A stretch of 59,984 nt of DNA, taken from Actinomycetota bacterium (lineage in GTDB: Bacteria > Actinomycetota > Acidimicrobiia > Acidimicrobiales > VFJN01). Of the stretch, positions 1 to 8,228 are shown in pieces (the stretch's first letter is position 1; each line of letters begins with the position of its first letter). A program made the translations under genes and the position numbers. The stretch is taken from assembly GCA_046744485.1 (NCBI GenBank), contig JBKPHE010000054.1, positions 1 through 59,984 on the forward strand. Direction: 5' to 3'. Below the pieces are notes generated by a model. The model saw nothing but the letters and a program-made list of their open reading frames with translations. It was not told the DNA's origin and did not search any database.

Positions 1-458
1 TCGTCCTGGCGTCGCTGAAGGGTGGGCTGCACGCCACGCAGCGCGAGATCGCCGAGGACGTCGGGGTCGAGGGACCGACGTTGACGCACCACCTCAACCG
101 CATGGAAGCCGCGGGCCTGGTCACCAGGGCGCGTGACCCCCGCAACCGTCGGGCACATCAGGTCGAGCTGACCGCGGCGGGTGAGCTGGCCTTCCGGACC
201 TTGCTCACCCGCGTCCAGGCGTTCGACCGGCGATTGCGGGCGGGCTTCTCCGACGAGGAGCTGGCCGTGCTGCGTCGCCTGCTGGACCGACTTGCCGGCA
301 ACGCCGCCAGCGACGACAGGGCACCGGGCGACGATCCAGGCGGGCCGCGAGCGACATCCGGCCAGCGGAAAGGCGAGGAACGGCTCGCCGGCCAGCGGAA
401 AGGCGAGGAACGGCTCGCCGGACAGCGGAAAGGCGAGGAACGGCTCGCCGGACGGTAG
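1..458 (+). CDS. MarR family transcriptional regulator (5' end outside the window)
   Basis: The frame is open from base 3. LKGGLHATQREIAEDVGVEGPTLTHHLNRMEAAGLVTRARDPRNRRAHQVELTAAG is a MarR winged-HTH core. Stop is TAG 456-458. The tail carries GQRKGEERLA x3. Confidence 0.85.
   Translation, partial: VLASLKGGLHATQREIAEDVGVEGPTLTHHLNRMEAAGLVTRARDPRNRRAHQVELTAAGELAFRTLLTRVQAFDRRLRAGFSDEELAVLRRLLDRLAGNAASDDRAPGDDPGGPRATSGQRKGEERLAGQRKGEERLAGQRKGEERLAGR
361..450 (+). repeat. 3 x 30-bp direct tandem repeat inside the MarR 3' end
   Basis: 361-390 equals 391-420 exactly (gccagcggaaaggcgaggaacggctcgccg). 421-450 differs only at its second base. The repeat is in frame. Confidence 0.97.
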
Positions 459-518
459 AGCCCCCTCGGGTTGCGGAGCGGTGCGCTACGACCGCCGAGT
501 CGAAGGGATGTCGCTGCG

Positions 519-959
519 GTGAAGACGTACCGGACATCGAAGGTTCAAGCGGCGGCAAACGCCGTGATGACGTGGCTGGTGCGCCGCGGCCGCGGCCCTG
601 GATTCATCTGGTTGCTGACGGCCCCCGGTCGGGTGAGCGGCGTGCCGCGAACGAGACCCGTGGTGCCGGTGCAGGACGGCGACGAGCGATGGGTCGTGGC
701 ACCGTTCGGTGCGGTCGGCTGGGTCCGCAACGTCCGCGCCGCGGGCTACCTGGAGCTTCACCGCGGCCAGGAGTCTCACAGATGCCAGGCACGGGAGCTC
801 GAGCCGGCCGAGGCCGTTCCCGTGCTGCGCGACTACCTCTCGATGCGCACGGGCCGCTACGTCAAGGACTACTTCGACGTCACGTCGTCATCGCCGGACG
901 AGGCGATAGCCCGCGAAGCCGCGCAACACCCGGTGTTCGCCTTGACGCCTGCAGGGTAA
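519..959 (+). CDS. nitroreductase-family deazaflavin (F420)-dependent oxidoreductase, DUF385/Ddn-like
   Basis: GTG 519 lies 10 nt after GAAGGGA. WLVRRGRGPGFIWLLTAPGRVSGVPRTRPV...WVVAPFGAVGWVRNVRAAGYLEL matches my memory of the DUF385 family. TTG 471 is the longest alternative start. Confidence 0.75.
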   Translation: MKTYRTSKVQAAANAVMTWLVRRGRGPGFIWLLTAPGRVSGVPRTRPVVPVQDGDERWVVAPFGAVGWVRNVRAAGYLELHRGQESHRCQARELEPAEAVPVLRDYLSMRTGRYVKDYFDVTSSSPDEAIAREAAQHPVFALTPAG

Positions 960-1037
960 GGAAGGCGATCCGCGCCCATCATCGCCAGCGGCGCTGTACC
1001 GCAAAGCTACGCCCGCCCCCCAGATCTCGGAGTCGCC

Positions 1038-1907
1038 GTGAAGATCAGCATCGGCCTCACCAACTACTCCTGGCCCGACGGGCCGGTCCGTCTCACAGGC
1101 CATCTGCTCGACCTGGCCCGACAAGTCGACGAAGGCGGCATCGACACCCTGTGGGTCGCCGACCACCTCCTGCAGATGGACCCGACCGCCACGATCGACG
1201 AACCGATGCTCGAGGCCTACACCACCCTCGGATTCCTCGCCGCCGCCACCAGCAACGTGAACCTCGGCACCATGGTCACCTGGGCGTCGATCCGTCCACC
1301 CGCTCTCGTCGTCAAGACGGTCACGACACTCGACGTGCTCTCCGGCGGCCGGGCTTGGCTCGGTGTCGGTGCCGGCTACCAGCGCGACGAAGCGGTCATG
1401 ACCGGGCTTCCGTTCCCGGACACCGCGGAACGGTTCGTGCTCATGGAGGAGCTCCTGCAGCTCGCCGCGCACATGTGGGACGGGGACCGCCGGCCGTTCG
1501 AGGGGCCGCGCCACCGACTCGAACAACCGATCGGCAACCCTGAGCCGATCTCGCGTCCCCGGGTGCTGATCGGTGGCATGGGCGAGCAGCGGACCCTGCC
1601 GCTCGTGGCCCGCTACGGCGATGCCTGCAACCTCTTCGACATCCCGGACGGCGGCGCCACGCTGCAACGCAAGCTCGAAGTCCTCGCCCGGGCCTGCGAC
1701 ACCGTCGGCAGGGATCCCGGCGACATCGAGGTAACCCTCAGCAGCCGACTCGGCCGCGACGAGACCACAGAGGCGTTCATCGACCGGTGTGGCCAGCTCG
1801 CCCGACGCGGGATCCACCACATCGTCCTCGTGACCAGCGGCCCCTGGGGCCGCGGCGAGCTCGACGTGATCTTCGGCGCCGTGGAACCGGTCCGGAATCT
1901 CGACTGA
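1038..1907 (+). CDS. LLM class (luciferase-like) F420-dependent oxidoreductase
   Basis: GTG 1038. KISIGLTNYSWPDG...IDTLWVADHLLQMDP...GGRAWLGVGAGY is typical of luciferase-like monooxygenase TIM barrels. Third-position GC is high. Confidence 0.9.
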   Translation: MKISIGLTNYSWPDGPVRLTGHLLDLARQVDEGGIDTLWVADHLLQMDPTATIDEPMLEAYTTLGFLAAATSNVNLGTMVTWASIRPPALVVKTVTTLDVLSGGRAWLGVGAGYQRDEAVMTGLPFPDTAERFVLMEELLQLAAHMWDGDRRPFEGPRHRLEQPIGNPEPISRPRVLIGGMGEQRTLPLVARYGDACNLFDIPDGGATLQRKLEVLARACDTVGRDPGDIEVTLSSRLGRDETTEAFIDRCGQLARRGIHHIVLVTSGPWGRGELDVIFGAVEPVRNLD

Positions 1908-1985
1908 CGCGATCGGGCCACCTCGCCGACCGGTCGGCGCCGGTCTCGGCGGCTGGTCGGCACGATCCGGCGCGAGGATCTTCCC

Positions 1986-3020
1986 ATGGCGTCCCAACCC
2001 AACCGGCCGGCCGGCAGGCCGACGCTGGAGGCGGTGGCGGCTCGGGCGGGGGTGGGCCGGGGCACCGTGTCACGGGTGATCAACGGGTCGACGCAGGTGA
2101 GCGCCAAGGCCCGCGAGGCGGTGCTCAGCGCCATCGAGGACCTCGGCTACGTGCCCAACCGCGCCGCTCGCTCGTTGGTCACCCGCCGCACCGACTGCAT
2201 CGCCCTGGTGGTGTCCGAGTCCGAGGACCGGGTGTTCGCCGAACCGTTCTTCGCCGGCGTGGTGCGCGGCGTCAGCGCGGAGATCGCAGACACCGCCTTC
2301 CAGCTCTGGCTCGCGATGATCAACAGCTCGACCGACCGCAGGCGGGTCGGGCGGCACCTCACGGCGCAGCACGTCGACGGCGCGATGCTGCTGTCGCTCC
2401 ATGGCGACGACTCGCTGCCCCGCCTGCTCGAGGACAGTGGGCTGCCCACGGTCCTCGGCGGTCGGCCCACCGGTTTCATGCCCAACAGCTATGTCGATGT
2501 CGACAATCATGCCGGCGCCCGGCTGGCCGTCGATCACCTGGTCGCCCGCGGCCGGCGGCGCATCGCCACGATTGCCGGCCCGCAGGACATGTCCGCCGGC
2601 GTGGCAAGGCTCGAGGGTTACCGCGAGGCCCTGCGCGACGCCGGGCTCCTCGACTGGCACGAGGACTTGACCGCCTACGGCCAGTTCAGCGAGTCGAGCG
2701 GCCAGACCGCCATGCAGGAGCTGTTGTCGCGTCGACCGGACGTGGATGCCGTCTTCGCGGCGTCCGACCCGATGGCCTTCGGCGCCATGCGCGCCATCAA
2801 GCAGGCCGGGCGGCGGATCCCGGACGACATCGCAGTGGTCGGCTTCGACGGATCACCCGCGGCCGGGAACACCGAACCGCCGCTGACGACCGTGCACCAA
2901 CCGGCCGAGGCGATGGGCCGGCGCATGGCCCGGCTGCTCCTGGCACTCATCGGCGGGCAACCGGTCGAGCGGCGCGCGGTCATCCTCGTCCCTGACCTCG
3001 TCGTCCGCGACTCGACGTGA
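1986..3020 (+). CDS. LacI family transcriptional regulator
   Basis: N-terminal HTH PTLEAVAARAGVGRGTVSRVINGSTQVSAKAREAVLSAIEDLGYVPNRAARSL, followed by a periplasmic-binding-protein-like sugar domain. 344 aa. Confidence 0.92.
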   Translation: MASQPNRPAGRPTLEAVAARAGVGRGTVSRVINGSTQVSAKAREAVLSAIEDLGYVPNRAARSLVTRRTDCIALVVSESEDRVFAEPFFAGVVRGVSAEIADTAFQLWLAMINSSTDRRRVGRHLTAQHVDGAMLLSLHGDDSLPRLLEDSGLPTVLGGRPTGFMPNSYVDVDNHAGARLAVDHLVARGRRRIATIAGPQDMSAGVARLEGYREALRDAGLLDWHEDLTAYGQFSESSGQTAMQELLSRRPDVDAVFAASDPMAFGAMRAIKQAGRRIPDDIAVVGFDGSPAAGNTEPPLTTVHQPAEAMGRRMARLLLALIGGQPVERRAVILVPDLVVRDST

Positions 3021-3083
3021 CGCCCCGGCCCCGTGGCGCGGTACCACCGTGGCGGCCGCACCCCAAACCAAGACCGTCCGGGC

Positions 3084-4820
3084 TCACCAGGCCAGATGGT
3101 GCTCGGCGGGAAGCATCAAGGGCCCATACGTCGAAAGGCCCAGACGGGTGGCGACATCGGCGAACGGTCCCCAGGCCTCGATCCGGAGACGGGTGCTGGC
3201 GGCGGCGGGATCCTCGCTCGACTGAGCTGGGCGTACCCGCGCCGCGAGCGGTGTGCGGGGGTACACGCGGGCGTCTAGCTCGTCGGACGGCGGAAGTCCG
3301 GCCCGCTGCCTCGCCACGTCCAGCGCCACCAGCAGGCCGCCGAGCTCGTCGACGAGCCCGCGCTCCTTGGCGTCGGCGCCCGTCCACACGCGGCCCCGGG
3401 CGATCTCGTGGACGCGATCGCTCGACAGGCTGCGACCGCCCGCGACCTTGGCAGTGAAGTCGTCGTAGATCCGGTCGAGCCAGGCGTTGAGTCGCTCCCA
3501 TTCTTCGTCGGTGAACGCGTGGAGCGGCGAGAACATCAGGCCGTGCCGGCCGCCGGCCACCCCCTCGTGGCCGATGCCGAGACGGTCCACCAGCCCATCG
3601 ACCACCTGCTTGCCGGACACCACGCCGATCGAGCCCGTCAGCGTCCCTGGCTCGGCCACGATCACGTCCGCGCCCATCGAGACGAAGTAGCCGCCTGACG
3701 CCGCCACGTCGCCCATCGACACGACCACGGGCTTGCCGGCCCGGCGGGTTACGGCCACCTCACGCCAGATCGCGTCGGACGCCACGTACGAGCCACCCGG
3801 GCTTGTCACCCGGAGGACGATCGCCTTGACGTCATCCGCCTTGGTTGCCGACCGCAGCGCAGCCGACACGGTGTCCGCCCCGGCGCTCGTGCCGGCGAGC
3901 GGCTGGCGCCGGCTCCTGCCGAGGTGGATCGGTCCTGTCACCGGCACGAGGGCAACGGTGTCCGTCGGCCGCGTCGAGACGCGGGTCGACAGCTCGGCCA
4001 GCTTCGAGCGGCGGTAGCGGCCGAGGTACTGCAAGACCACGTCGGCGCCAGTCCGGGCCCGGACCGCGGCGTAGACGTCGTCGCGGTAGCCGAGGTGGTC
4101 GACGAGGCCGGCATCGAGGGCCTCGGTGGAGAACAGCGGCGCCCGATCGATCAGGCCCCGTACCACGCCCGGATCGAGGTCCCGATTGGCGGCGATGGTG
4201 GTCACGAGCTGTTCCATGACCGACTGCACGACCCGCTCGGTCGCCTCCCGGTGAGCGGCGGTGAACCCGCGCTCGGTGAAGACGTTGGCCACGTTCTTGT
4301 ACTCATGCCGTTGGGCGATCTGGGGTGTGATCCCGGCCTTGTCGAGCACGCCGCGCAGGAACGGCACCTCGGTGGCGACTCCCGTGAGGCCCAGATCGCC
4401 GGACGGCTGCAGCCAGATCTCCTCGAAGCTCGTGGCCAGGACGTACGAGACGCTGCCGTTGCCGAACTCGCCGAAGGTCTCGGCCCAGGCGATCGTGATC
4501 TTGCCGTGGTCCCGGAGGTCCCCGATCGCGTCCTGCAGCTCCTGCGCCTGCGCGAGGCCCACGGCCGACCGCGACCCGCCCAGCTTGACCACCAAGGCCC
4601 GGACCCTGGCATCGCGCGCCGCCCGGCGCAGGCCTCGCAGGACCGTCCGCAGCGACGAGCGGCGCCGGGCGAGAACGGCACCCATCGGATCCTGTGGCGT
4701 GTCTTCCAGCAGCGGCTCGGTGAGATCGAGCTCCAGGACGAGGTCGGCGGTCCGCCGACGTCGCGCCTCGTCGATCCCGGTGACCACCGTTTCGGCTGCG
4801 TGCTTGGCTCTGGGGAGCAT
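3084..4820 (-). CDS. sppA: signal peptide peptidase SppA, 67K type (peptidase S49)
   Basis: 578 aa with two S49 halves. Motifs include KAIVLRVTSPGGSYVASDAIW and GKPVVVSMGDVAASGGYFVSMGAD. Confidence 0.9.
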   Translation of the reverse strand: MLPRAKHAAETVVTGIDEARRRRTADLVLELDLTEPLLEDTPQDPMGAVLARRRSSLRTVLRGLRRAARDARVRALVVKLGGSRSAVGLAQAQELQDAIGDLRDHGKITIAWAETFGEFGNGSVSYVLATSFEEIWLQPSGDLGLTGVATEVPFLRGVLDKAGITPQIAQRHEYKNVANVFTERGFTAAHREATERVVQSVMEQLVTTIAANRDLDPGVVRGLIDRAPLFSTEALDAGLVDHLGYRDDVYAAVRARTGADVVLQYLGRYRRSKLAELSTRVSTRPTDTVALVPVTGPIHLGRSRRQPLAGTSAGADTVSAALRSATKADDVKAIVLRVTSPGGSYVASDAIWREVAVTRRAGKPVVVSMGDVAASGGYFVSMGADVIVAEPGTLTGSIGVVSGKQVVDGLVDRLGIGHEGVAGGRHGLMFSPLHAFTDEEWERLNAWLDRIYDDFTAKVAGGRSLSSDRVHEIARGRVWTGADAKERGLVDELGGLLVALDVARQRAGLPPSDELDARVYPRTPLAARVRPAQSSEDPAAASTRLRIEAWGPFADVATRLGLSTYGPLMLPAEHHLAW

Positions 4821-4903
4821 GGTTCGAGGCTAGGGGCCCGTCGGCGCCGGGTCGCCGTCGCCCCTCGTGCAACGCCGGCATCCGACTGAGACGCAGGTGC
4901 GGC

Positions 4904-5578
4904 TCAGGCCCATCGGTGTCGTCGATCGATCGCCGCCTCGGCGGCCGACAGGCCCACGAACGCGATGGCGAGGCTGCCGATGACGTCGGAGGTCCAGTGG
5001 ACGCCGAGCCACACCCGGCACCAGGCGACCAGCACGATCACGGCCCAGGCCATGACCGTCAGCACCCACCACAGCCCGCGGCGGGTCACGTAGAGCCCGG
5101 CAATGATGGGCACGAAGCCCCAGGTCGCCGCGGCGGCCAACACGTGTCCGCCCGGGTATGAGAATCCCGTCCCCGGGACGAGCCGGGCGCCGGTGGGCCG
5201 GGGGCGCGCGACGATCTCCTTGACGAGCCACTCGAAGGGTGGACGGGCGGCGACCACGACGAACATCACCAGCGCGACCGAGCGGCAGCGCCGGGCCGCC
5301 AGTGCGATGCCGACGGCGCCGGCCGCGAGGACCACGGGCGTCGAGCCGAGCCGGGATACCCAGAGCGCCACCCGGTCCACGCCTGGCGATCGATGCTCGA
5401 CCACTGCGTCGGTGATGGGACGGTCCCAGACCAGCAGTCGACCCCCGTCGATGGCGGCGAGGACCCCCAGAAGGACCGCGAGCGCGGCGGCCCCCACCAG
5501 CAGCCAGGGCTGCCGTTCCCCGATGTGCCGCAACGTGATCGGCGGCGAGCGATGCAGGTCAGGGGGCGAGATGGTCAT
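4904..5578 (-). CDS. PAP2 family phosphatase (membrane)
   Basis: ATG 5578 lies inside a longer Arg-rich ORF (to 6307) whose upstream part I reject. PAP2 motifs present: KEIVARPRP (Kx6RP), YPGGH, RVWLGVHWTSD (Rx5Hx3D). Several TM helices. Confidence 0.85.
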   Translation of the reverse strand: MTISPPDLHRSPPITLRHIGERQPWLLVGAAALAVLLGVLAAIDGGRLLVWDRPITDAVVEHRSPGVDRVALWVSRLGSTPVVLAAGAVGIALAARRCRSVALVMFVVVAARPPFEWLVKEIVARPRPTGARLVPGTGFSYPGGHVLAAAATWGFVPIIAGLYVTRRGLWWVLTVMAWAVIVLVAWCRVWLGVHWTSDVIGSLAIAFVGLSAAEAAIDRRHRWA

Positions 5579-5622
5579 GTCCGGGGTCGCTCGGAACAAG
5601 TTGGCCGCGAGGGCGGGCCAGA

Positions 5623-6489
5623 TCAACCCATGGCCGCGTCCGGATCGCTCTCGCCATGGGTGCGCTCGGGGAGGAGGAGCACCGCAGCGATGAGGAACGC
5701 TAGGGCACCGACGAACGTGCCGAGGTTCATGAGAGTGGCGTTGTGGGGCTGGTCGGACGCGGGCACGACGTAGGAGGCCACTGCGGAGGCGCCGAACGCG
5801 ATCGACCCGAAGAGGTTCAGCGCTGTGATCAGCCAGGGCAGGCTGTGGGGGCGCCACGACCACAGGCCGTGGCTCACCTCCGCCCATGCGAGCCCGCTTG
5901 CCACGAGGAAGCAGATGGACCCGAAGGTGTCCGGGGTCCACACCAGCCGGTCGGCCTGCGAGGCCGACAGGTGCTGAAGCATCTCGTCGAACGTGCTGAC
6001 GTTGAACAGCAGCGTTCCGGTGAGCTGCACAGTGGCGACCCACCAATCGATGCGGTGTGGCTCCCAGGTGACGAGGTGGCGCCGCTCGGCAATCCCGGCG
6101 CCAGGTGGGGTGCGGGGCGCGTTTGCCACCTCCAGGTACTGGAGGAGCGCGGCGGTGGTGAAGAAGAGGGATCCTACGAAGAAGGTGACGCCGTCGGTGG
6201 CGACTCCAACGACGTCGACGTAGCGGGGCGCTGCGCCCACGGCAAAGCATGCCGACCCGACGGCGAAGAGCACAGCGATCCACCACCCGATGGCGCCCGG
6301 TGCCCACCAGGTCGAGCCGCGGCCGGTGTCGAGCAGCGAGTGCTGCTTGCGCCGCGCGCGCGACGTCCAGGTGACGATGCCACCGTCGGGTCGGCGGTAG
6401 GTCTCACGTGTGACGAACGGGCCCGGACCCGCGGCCTCTATGCGCTGCCACCGCTCTGGCACCGTGAGGCCCGCGCGCCGAGCGGTCAC
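5623..6489 (-). CDS. integral membrane protein of unknown function (about 6 TM helices)
   Basis: 288 aa with strong codon bias. Hydrophobic helices include WWIAVLFAVGSACFAVGAA, FFVGSLFFTTAALLQYL, FGSICFLVASGLAWAEV and LGTFVGALAFLIAAVLLL. Confidence 0.8.
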   Translation of the reverse strand: MTARRAGLTVPERWQRIEAAGPGPFVTRETYRRPDGGIVTWTSRARRKQHSLLDTGRGSTWWAPGAIGWWIAVLFAVGSACFAVGAAPRYVDVVGVATDGVTFFVGSLFFTTAALLQYLEVANAPRTPPGAGIAERRHLVTWEPHRIDWWVATVQLTGTLLFNVSTFDEMLQHLSASQADRLVWTPDTFGSICFLVASGLAWAEVSHGLWSWRPHSLPWLITALNLFGSIAFGASAVASYVVPASDQPHNATLMNLGTFVGALAFLIAAVLLLPERTHGESDPDAAMG

Positions 6490-6610
6490 CGGCCCGTTTG
6501 CGACCTTCGTTCGTCGGTGGTCGATGGACGAACATCCTGAGCGATCCCGCTCGGGCCGGCATCATCCGTTCCGGGTGATCGGCCTCGCCGCCCCGGGGTA
6601 AGGGGTAGGC

Positions 6611-7441
6611 ATGGCCCGACCTGTCTGGAGCGGTGTGATCAGCTTCGGGCTCGTGAGCGTGCCCGTGAAGGCCTATCCCGCGGTGCGCGACCACGACGTC
6701 CACTTCCACCAGATCGACAAGCGGTCCGGCTCGCGGATCCGCAACCGCAAGGTGTCCGCGAAGACGTGCGAGGAGGTCGACAACGCCGACATCGCCATGG
6801 GGTTCGAGACCAGCAAGGGCCGCTACGTGACGTTCAGCAAGCGTGAGCTGGACGACCTTCGGCCGGCGTCGACCCGGGCCGTCGAGGTCACCGACTTCGT
6901 CTCGCTCGATGGCATCGACCCGATCTATTACGAACGCACCTACTGGCTGGCGCCCGCCGATGACGCGGCCGTCAAGCCGTACCAGTTGCTCCGGGCTGCG
7001 ATGGAAGACAGGCGGCTGGTGGCCATCGGCACCGTTGTCATGCGCAACAAGCAGTACCTCACCGCCATTCGTCCCCTCGAGGGCGCGCTCGCCATGTCGA
7101 CGATGCGCTTCGCGGACGAGGTCGTGCCTCGGTCCGACGTGGACGGCGTCCCCGGTCGCCGGACCAACCCCGACTCCAAGATGCTGCGGATGGCGACGCA
7201 GCTCGTCGACTCACTCACCAGCGACTGGAACCCTCGGCGCTACCACGACACCTTCACGGAGGAACTACGGGAGCGAATCGAGTCCAAGCGAGCCGGGAAG
7301 AAGGTCATGGTCGAGCCGGAGGAACGAGCCGAGCCGAAGGTCATCGACCTGATGCAGGCACTGGAAGACAGCGTCAAGGGAGCCAAGGCCACCAGGCGGA
7401 CCCGCCGCAAACCTGGGGGCCGTGCACGCAAGTCAGCGTGA
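6611..7441 (+). CDS. ku: Ku protein (non-homologous end joining)
   Basis: VWSGVISFGLVSVPVKAY, YERTYWLAP and VMRNKQYLTAIRP, with a basic C-terminal tail RRTRRKPGGRARKSA. GGGGTAAGGGG lies upstream of ATG 6611. Confidence 0.95.
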   Translation: MARPVWSGVISFGLVSVPVKAYPAVRDHDVHFHQIDKRSGSRIRNRKVSAKTCEEVDNADIAMGFETSKGRYVTFSKRELDDLRPASTRAVEVTDFVSLDGIDPIYYERTYWLAPADDAAVKPYQLLRAAMEDRRLVAIGTVVMRNKQYLTAIRPLEGALAMSTMRFADEVVPRSDVDGVPGRRTNPDSKMLRMATQLVDSLTSDWNPRRYHDTFTEELRERIESKRAGKKVMVEPEERAEPKVIDLMQALEDSVKGAKATRRTRRKPGGRARKSA

Positions 7442-7453
7442 CCAGCTGCGGCG

Positions 7454-7867
7454 TCAGGACGGCACGCCGCCGGACCCGTGCACCGTCGGTACCAGCCACG
7501 AGTCCCGTTCCCAAGGGGCGGTGTCGCCCAACTTGGCGTAGTACTTGGCCAGGTGGGCCTTGACGCGATCGACGTCGTCCTCCGGGAGATCGACACCACC
7601 GCGTGCGCCCTGCATCACCGCCCCGGCGGCCATGACACCTCGAGGTACGGCAGTCAGCCGGCCGTCGATCACGTCGGCGATCAGCAACTTGTACGAGCCG
7701 AACTCGTCCTTCTGGTCCGCGTCGTACCAAACGTGAGCATCGCGGTACTTGGCGTTCGGTCCGTCGTCGGCTCCCGCCCACCGCCGGACGCGGGTCTCGG
7801 CGGCATCTGCATCCCACTCGCGGTCCCGATCGGCCAGTGGAAGGTCCTGGAATGCGGTGACAGCCAT
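7454..7867 (-). CDS. conserved hypothetical protein (137 aa)
   Basis: ATG 7867 lies 8 nt after GAAGGAGG. Codon bias is high. DLPLADRDREWDADAAE...YKLLIADVIDGRLTAVPRGVMAAGAVMQGARGGVDLP looks like a recurrent actinobacterial/phage-associated family whose function I cannot name. Confidence 0.75.
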   Translation of the reverse strand: MAVTAFQDLPLADRDREWDADAAETRVRRWAGADDGPNAKYRDAHVWYDADQKDEFGSYKLLIADVIDGRLTAVPRGVMAAGAVMQGARGGVDLPEDDVDRVKAHLAKYYAKLGDTAPWERDSWLVPTVHGSGGVPS

Positions 7868-8217
7868 CGTCTTCCGCCTCCTTCGTCGATGTCCGCCTGT
7901 CCCGCCACTACCCGCGCCGAGCAGCGGTTATCCGCAGGCGTGACCTCGGCCGGTCGAGGACGGGGCCAGAGGTCGAATCGGGTGGCGCCGTAGGGCTCCG
8001 CAGTGCCGAGTGCGAACACCGTCGACGGGACGATCATGCAGGCGTGCCACGGTGGCGGCCCCGCCGCCGGCGCACTGAACTCGGCGATCAGGGCGTCTCC
8101 CTCGACCGCGAATCCGTAGCTCGTGGCAATTCGCTTGTCGGCGTGAGCGCCGTCTGCTGGCGTGAGGGCCGTCGATCGACCCAGGGAGTGCCAGGTGCGC
8201 CAGGCGTTCGTGTCCAT
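7681..8217 (-). CDS. hypothetical ORF with unresolved 3' end (possibly decayed)
   Basis: From ATG 8217 the frame has about 80 percent G/C at third positions (MDTNAWRTWHSLGRSTALTPADGAHADKRIATSYGFAVEGDALIAEF...RFDLWPRP). The bias fades near 7950. The frame then reads through the RBS and 187 nt of the next gene before stopping at 7681. Confidence 0.3.
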   Translation of the reverse strand: MDTNAWRTWHSLGRSTALTPADGAHADKRIATSYGFAVEGDALIAEFSAPAAGPPPWHACMIVPSTVFALGTAEPYGATRFDLWPRPRPAEVTPADNRCSARVVAGQADIDEGGGRRWLSPHSRTFHWPIGTASGMQMPPRPASGGGREPTTDRTPSTAMLTFGTTRTRRTSSARTSC

Positions 8218-8228
8218 CCAGACGGGAG

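Noticed and set aside
361-450. Could the 30-bp repeats be a mini CRISPR array?
   Set aside because: The units are directly adjacent with no spacers. They are in frame inside a CDS, and no cas genes are present in the window.
1925-1938. Perfect 14-bp palindromes GCCGACCGGTCGGC (1925-1938, upstream of LacI) and GCGCTCCGGAGCGC (11684-11697, upstream of the cyclase gene) as operators
   Set aside because: They are short G/C-only palindromes around CCGG cores, which are expected by chance in DNA this GC-rich. Neither resembles a LacI-type operator, so they are left as unsupported.
572-1997. Long ORFs 572..1543 (+, 323 aa) and 888..1997 (-, 369 aa) overlapping the DUF385 and LLM genes
   Set aside because: Their translations are Arg/Pro/Gly-rich with no motifs and poor third-position bias. 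They are typical shadow ORFs of GC-rich DNA, and the overlapping frames have clear family matches.
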